NCBI GenBank assembly: GCA_964016885.1
Contig: OZ024741.1
Coordinates: forward strand, 217,434,001-217,498,000
Length of the DNA stretch: 64,000 nt
Direction: 5' to 3'
Source: Eledone cirrhosa
Lineage: Eukaryota
The notes below the pieces were generated by a model, which was not told the origin of the DNA, did no database searches, and saw only the letters and a program-made list of their open reading frames with translations. The translations under genes and the position numbers were made by a program. Positions 56,363 through 64,000 of this stretch are shown piece by piece (positions within the stretch are counted from its first letter, which is position 1; every line of letters starts with the position of its first letter).

Positions 56363-58030
56363 ATCATCATCATCATCATCATCACCGTTTAACGTCCGTG
56401 TTCCACGCTTGCATGGGTTTGGACGGGGGTAGTCCCACTTGAGGCAAGAGTGATTGTCTTGCTCGCATAGGAGGGGGTGGTGTGGATGGGGTGGGGGTGG
56501 TGGGACAGGGGTGTATTTTGTTAGATGCCTACTGGCTGTAGTAGGTTTTACTATGTATTTAGGTAAGGCGGGTCTTCTCTGTTACTGAGTACCGCCAAAG
56601 GTCTCGGTCCAGTGACATTGTCTTGGAGAGGTGTAAGTGTGTGAGGTCGGAGTTTATCAGCTCGTCCCAGGTTTTTCTGGGTCTGCCTATTCCGTGGCTA
56701 CCGTCTATCTTTATTGCCCTGCACTTTGTTATACAGCTATCGACTTTCATGCGCATCACGTGTCCATACCAACGTAGCCTTCTCTCGAGTAAACAACATC
56801 TGATCCCTCTTAGTTCGTTTATGCTTTGCCGTTCACGTATATTATTGTTACACATCCAGCGGAGCATGCAAGCTTCGTTCCTCTCTAGTCTGCGTATATC
56901 CTCTGCACACAATTCCCAGGTCTCACTGCCATGCAACATTGCTGTTCGTATGCAGGCATCGTACAACCTGCCTTTCATTTTTAGGGAGAACCCTTTAGTG
57001 GCTAATAGTGGTATAAGCTCTCTGAACTTTTTCCATCCAGTTCTGACTCTAGCTACTGTACTTTCAGAGCACCCTCCCACACTGCTGATTTTGTCACCCA
57101 GGTAACGGAAGCTGTCCACTATTTCTATAGAGCCCTCTGCGCAGTTGTAAGAGCTAGTATTTGTGGGCACTTGCTGCTACTTATTGCACCAGAGCACCGG
57201 CCACATGTAAAATCTATGTTCTTAGTTAGCTTACCTGTGATCCCACTACATCTTTTATGCACCCATACTTTGCATTTGGGACATAAAATGGAGTTTCTAC
57301 CTACGCCTTTCCTACACACTGAGCATGGCCATTTCCCGGAAGGGACCGGCGCCTTATTTTCTTTCCTACAAACTAGAACTTTAGTCTTAGCCAGGTTAAT
57401 TTTAAGGCCTTTTGATTCTAGGCCATGCTTCTATGTTTGGAATTTCTCCTCTAGCTCGACCATTGATTCAGCTATGAGAGTTAGGTCGTCTGCGTATAGG
57501 AGTTCCCATGGGCAGCCGGTCTTGAACTCCTCTGTTATAGCCTGAAGGGCAATAATAAATAGTAGGGGGCTGAGAACAGAGTCCTGATGGACGCCAACTT
57601 TTACGCTAAACTCTTCACTATATTCGTTGTTAATTCTAACCTTGCTAACTGTTTCTTTATACATGGCTTGTATAGCTCTCACAAGCCATTCGTCGACACC
57701 TAGTTTTCTAAGGGCCCACCAGATAATCGAACGGGGGACTCTGTCGAAGGCTTTCTCCAAGTCGACAAAAGCTAAGTAGAGGGGTTTACCTTTAGCTAGG
57801 TACTTCTCCTGTAGTTGTCGTACAATGAAAAGAGCATCTGTGGTACTTTTGCCTGACACAAACCCGAACTGCATTTCATCTAGGTCAATTCTCTCTCTGA
57901 TTAGTTGCGCTATTACTTTTTCCGTGACCTTCATGACCTGGTCGATTAATTTAATGCCTCTATAGTTACTCCTATCTAGGGCATCTCCTTTACCCTTATT
58001 ACAGTTAACGATGATGCTGCTATGCCAGTC
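56363..58030 (-). mobile_element. 5'-truncated RTE LINE, subfamily B
   Basis: RT motifs with stops and frameshifts, a deletion in the 3' UTR, and (CAT)n on the + strand. Confidence 0.93.
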
Positions 58031-58043
58031 ATATATACATATG

Positions 58044-58074
<31 letters not shown>

Positions 58075-58127
58075 GTATATATATATATATATGTATATAT
58101 ATATGTATATATATGGCTTAGCTTTTG

Positions 58128-58160
<33 letters not shown>

Positions 58161-58227
58161 GGCTTAGCTTTTGTATATATATGTATATTTATGTATATAT
58201 ATATTGGCTTAGCTTTTATCGACTTGT

Positions 58228-59866
58228 CTAGCTAAAAGTAAACCCCTATACTTAGCTTTTGTCGACTTGGAGAAAGCCTTCGACAGAGTCCCCCGTTCCA
58301 TTATCTGGTGGGCTCTTAAAAAATTAGGTGTTGACGAATGGCTTGTGAGAGCTATACAAGCCATGTATAAAGAAACAGTCAGCAAGGTCAGAATTAACAA
58401 CGAATATAGTGAAGAGCTTAGCGTAAAAGTTGGTGTTCATCAGGGCTCTGTTCTTAGCCCCCTACTATTTATTATTGCCCTTCAGGCTATAACAGTGGAG
58501 TTCAAGCCCGGCTGCCCATGGGAACTCCTATACGCAGACGATCTAACGCTCATAGCTGAATCAATGGCCAAGCTAGAGAAGAAATTCCAAACATGGAAGC
58601 ACGGCCTATTATCAAAAGGCCTTAAAATTAACCTGGCTAAGACTAAAGTTCTAGTTTGTAGGAAAGAAAATAAGGCGCCGGTCCCTTCCAGGAAATGGCC
58701 ATGCTCAGTGTGTAGGAAAGGCGTAGGTAGAAACTCCATTTTATATCCTAAAGGCAAAGTATGGGTGCATAAAAGATGTAGTGGGATCACAGGTAAGCTA
58801 ACTAAGAACATAGATTTTACATGTGGCCGGTGCTCTGGTGCAATAAGTAGCAGCAAGTGCCCACAAATACTAGCTCTTTCAATTGCGCAGAGGGTTCTAT
58901 AGAAATAGTGGACAACTTCCGTTACCTGGGTGGCAAAATCAGCAGTGGGGGAGGGTGCTCTGAAAGTACAGTAGCTAGAGTCAGAACTGGATGGAAAAAG
59001 TTCAGAGAGCTTATACCACTATTAGCTGCTAAAGGGTTCTCCCTAAAAATGAAAGGCAGGGTGTATGATGCCTGCATACGAACAGCAATGTTGCATGGCA
59101 GTGAGACCTGGGCATTGTGTGCAGAGGATATACGCAGACTAGAGAGGAACGAAGCTTGCATGCTCCGCTGGATGTGTAATAGTAATATACGTGAACGGCA
59201 AAGCATAAACGAATTAAGGGAAAAATTAGAAATAAGAGGGATCAGATGTTGTTTACTCGAGAGAAGGCTACGTTGGTATGGTCACGTGATGCGCATGAAA
59301 GACGACAGCTGTATAAAAAAGTGCAGGGCAATAAAGATAGACGGTAGCCACGGAGTAGGCAGACCCAGAAAAACCTGGGACGACCTGATAAATTCCGACC
59401 TCACACACTTACACCTCTCCAAGACAATGTCACTGGACCGAGATCTTTGGCGGTACTCAGTAATAGAGAAGACCCGCCTTACAAAATAAAACCTACTACA
59501 GTCAGTAGGCATCTCTAACAAAATACACCCCGTCCCACCACCCCCACCCCATCCACACCGCCTCTTTCAATGTAAAGTTATGTTGGTGCCACAACACCCA
59601 GGCCGAAACAAATGAGATCGTGTAGGTGTCACGACAAAAAAACACACAGTCCACGCTGTAATGTGGCCGTGTAGGCAACACGGTAAAAACCTCCCAGCGC
59701 CACACTGTAAATGTGGTTGGTGTGAGGAAGGGCATCCAACTGTAGAAAACCTGCCAGACTGTCCTATGCGAGCAAGACAACCACTCTTGCCTCAAGTGGG
59801 AAAACTCCCGTCCAAACCCATGCAAGCGTGGAACATGGACGTTAAACGATGATGATGATGATGATG
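58228..59866 (+). mobile_element. 5'-truncated RTE LINE, subfamily B
   Basis: [21 protein letters not shown]...LYADD...KTRLTK, then 3' UTR and (GAT)n. Confidence 0.93.
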
Positions 59867-59908
59867 TATATATATATATATGTATATATATATATGTGTA
59901 TATATATG

Positions 59909-59941
<33 letters not shown>

Positions 59942-59956
59942 GTATGTATATATATG

Positions 59957-59987
<31 letters not shown>

Positions 59988-60002
59988 GTATATATATATA
60001 TG

Positions 60003-60047
<45 letters not shown>

Positions 60048-60048
60048 G

Positions 60049-60146
<98 letters not shown>

Positions 60147-61153
60147 CCACAAACTACTAGCTCTTTCAATTGCGCAGAGGGTTCTATAGAAATAGTGGAC
60201 AGCTTCCGTTACCTGGGCGATAAAATCAGCAGTGGGGGAGGGTGCTCTGAAAGTACTGTAGCTAGAGTCAGAACTGGTTGGAAAAAGTTCAGAGAGCTTA
60301 TACCACTATTAGCTGCTAAAGGGTTCTCACTAAAAATGAAAGGCAGGTTGTACGATGCCTGCATACGAACAACAATGCTGCATGGCAGTGAGACCTGGGC
60401 ATTGTGTGCAGAGGATATACGCAGACTAGAGAGGAACGAAGCTTGCATGCTCCGCTGGATGTGTAACAGTAATATACGTGAACGGCAAAGCATAAACGAA
60501 CTAAGGAAAAAATTAGAGATAAGAGGGATCAGATGTTGTTTACTCGAGAGAAGGTTACGTTGGTATGGACACGTGATGCGCATGAAAGTCGATAGCTGTA
60601 TAACAAAGTGCAGGGCAATAAAGATAGACGGTAGCCACGGAGTAGGCAGACCCAGAAAAACCTGGGACGACCTGATAAATTCCGACCTCACACACTTACA
60701 CCTCTCCAAGACAATGTCACTGGACCGAGATCTTTGGCGGTACTCAGTAATAGAGAAGACCCGCCTTACAAAATAAAACCTACTACAGTCAGTAGGCATC
60801 TCTAACAAAATACACCCCGTCCCACCACCCCCACCCCATCCACACCGCCTCTTTCAATGTAAAGTTATGTTGGTGCCACAACATCCAGGCCGAAACAAAT
60901 GAGATCGTGTAGGTGTCACGACAAAAAAACACACAGTCCACGCTGTAATGTGGCCGTGTAGGCAACACGGTAAAAACCTCCCAGCGCCACACTGTAAATG
61001 TGGTTGGTGTGAGGAAGGGCATCCAACTGTAGAAAACCTGCCAGACTGTCCTATGCGAGCAAGACAACCACTCTTGCCTCAAGTGGGAAAACTCCCGTCC
61101 AAACCCATGCAAGCGTGGAACATGGACGTTAAACGATGATGATGATGATGATG
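60147..61153 (+). mobile_element. RTE subfamily B 3' kilobase (chimeric copy)
   Basis: Starts at ccacaaactactagc. The 5' part matches the 61314 copy and the 3' part matches the 58228 copy. Confidence 0.92.
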
Positions 61154-61195
61154 TATATATATATATATGTATATATATATATGTGTATATATATG

Positions 61196-61228
<33 letters not shown>

Positions 61229-61243
61229 GTATGTATATATATG

Positions 61244-61274
<31 letters not shown>

Positions 61275-61275
61275 G

Positions 61276-61309
<34 letters not shown>

Positions 61310-61313
61310 TATA

Positions 61314-62332
61314 CCACAAACTACTAGCTCTTTCAATTGCGCAGAGGGTTCTATAGAAATAGTGGACAGCTTCCGTTACCTGGGCGATAAAATCAGCAGT
61401 GGGGGAGGGTGCTCTGAAAGTACTGTAGCTAGAGTCAGAACTGGTTGGAAAAAGTTCAGAGAGCTTATACCACTATTAGCTGCTAAAGGGTTCTCACTAA
61501 AAATGAAAGGCAGGTTGTACGATGCCTGCATACGAACAGCAATGCTGCATGGCAGTGAGACCTGGGCATTGTGTGCAGAGGATATACGCAGACTAGAGAG
61601 GAACGAAGCTTGCATGCTCCGCTGGATGTGTAACAGTAATATACGTGAACGGCAAAGCATAAACGAACTAAGGAAAAAATTAGAGATAAGAGGGATCAGA
61701 TGTTGTTTACTCGAGAGAAGGCTACGTTGGTATGGACACGTGATGCGCATGAAAGTCGATAGCTGTATAACAAAGTGCAGGGCAATAAAGATAGACGGTA
61801 GTCACGGAATAGGCAGACCTAGAAAAACCTGGGACGAGCTGATAAACTCCGACATCACACACTTACACCTCTCCAAGACAATGTCACTGGACCGAGACCT
61901 TTGGCGGTACTCAGTAACAGAGAAGACCCGCCTTACCTAAATATATAGTAAAACCTACTCCAGCCAGTAGGCATCTCTAACAAAATACACCCCGTCCCAC
62001 CACCACCACCCCCACCCGATCCACACCACCCCGTTCTATGTAAAGTTATGTTGGTGCCGCGCCATCGAGGCCGAAACAAATGAGATCGTGTAGGTGTCAC
62101 GACAAAAAAACACACAGTCCACGCTGTAATGTGGCCGTGTAGGCAACACGGTAAAAACCTCCCAGACCCACACTGTAAATGTGGTTGGTGTTAGGAAGGG
62201 CATCCAACTGTAGAAAACCTGCCAGACAGTCCTATGCGAGCAAGACAATCACTCTTGCCTCAAGTGGGACTACCCCCGTCCAAACCCATGCAAGCGTGGA
62301 ACACGGACGTTAAACGTTGATGATGATGATGA

Positions 62333-62336
<4 letters not shown>
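61314..62336 (+). mobile_element. RTE subfamily B 3' kilobase
   Basis: Same 5' breakpoint as the 60147 copy. It shares private variants with 45931-46956. Confidence 0.93.
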
Positions 62337-62372
<36 letters not shown>

Positions 62373-62665
62373 ATATATATGTATGTATATATATATGTAT
62401 GTATATATATATGTATGTATATATATATGTATGTATATATATATGTATGTATATATATATGTATGTATATATATATGTATGTATATATATATGTATATAT
62501 ATATATATGTATATATATGTATATATATATATATATATGTATATATATGTATATATATATATATATGTATATATATGTATATATATATATATATGTATAT
62601 ATATGTATATGTATATATATATATATGTATATATATATGTATATATATATATGTATATATATATG

Positions 62666-62712
<47 letters not shown>

Positions 62713-62915
62713 GTATATATATATATGTATATATATATGTATATGTATATATATGTATATATATATGTATATGTATATATATATGTATATATATATATGT
62801 ATATATATATATGTATATATATATGTATATATATATGTATATGTATATATATATGTATGTATATATATATGTATATATATATATGTATGTATATATATAT
62901 GTATATATATATATG

Positions 62916-62946
<31 letters not shown>

Positions 62947-63061
62947 GTATGTATATATATATGTATATATATATATGTATATATATATATATGTATGTAT
63001 ATATATATGTATATATATGTATATATATATATGTATATATATATATATGTATATATATATG

Positions 63062-63108
<47 letters not shown>

Positions 63109-63169
63109 GTATATGTATGTATATATATATGTATATATATATATATGTATATGTATGTATATATATATG

Positions 63170-63224
<55 letters not shown>

Positions 63225-63383
63225 GTATATATATATGTGTATATATATATGTATACATATATATATGTATATATATATATATGTATATATATGTATATAT
63301 GTATATATATATATATGTATATATATGTATATATGTATATATATATATATGTATATATATGTATATGTATGTATATATATATG

Positions 63384-63416
<33 letters not shown>

Positions 63417-63479
63417 GTATATATGTATATATATATATATTTATATATATATGTATATATATATATATGTATATATATG

Positions 63480-63558
<79 letters not shown>

Positions 63559-63693
63559 GTATATATGTATATATATATATGTATATATATGTATATATAT
63601 GTATATATATATATATATGTATATATGTATATATATATATGTATATATGTATATATATATATGTATATATATGTATATATATGTATATATATG

Positions 63694-63726
<33 letters not shown>

Positions 63727-63821
63727 GTATATATGTATATATATATATGTATATATATGTATATATATGTATATATATGTATATATGTATATATATATAT
63801 GTATATATATGTATATATATG

Positions 63822-63870
<49 letters not shown>

Positions 63871-63927
63871 GTATATATGTATATATATATATGTATATAT
63901 ATGTATATATATGTATATATATATATG

Positions 63928-63974
<47 letters not shown>

Positions 63975-64000
63975 ATATATATGTATATATATATATATGT
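62337..64000. repeat. G-interrupted (TA)n array running off the window
   Basis: Seen directly. Confidence 0.97.

Overview
Repeat-saturated animal genomic DNA. The tRNA-SINE and RTE families and the (TA)n/(CA)n load suggest an octopus; this is inference. The only host gene I can support is a + strand RhoBTB-family atypical Rho GTPase with three coding exons (21951-22130, 23313-23416, 25149-25340). No further exon was found, so 25341-64000 is probably one giant intron. That region holds a near full-length Penelope-like element (PLE) with a 600-bp internal inverted duplication, a 5'-truncated Naiad-type PLE, two tandem Helitrons, about ten RTE LINE copies from two subfamilies, RTE-tailed SINEs, many kb of G/C-interrupted (TA)n and a 200-N gap. 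The main hidden signal is at the RNA level: 10 type I hammerhead ribozyme motifs with intact cores, 1 point-mutated motif and 2 non-canonical motifs. The 11 canonical-type motifs fall into about 7 sequence families, and 7 of them lie in the first 5.3 kb. Many sit in short non-coding fold-back elements inserted in (TA)n. Two further patterns stand out: the polarity of the interrupted (TA)n arrays follows the orientation of the adjacent retroelement, and several 5' junctions repeat element-derived words inside the TA tract. Most entries in the ORF track are microsatellite artefacts. All structures were read by eye and none has been tested computationally.
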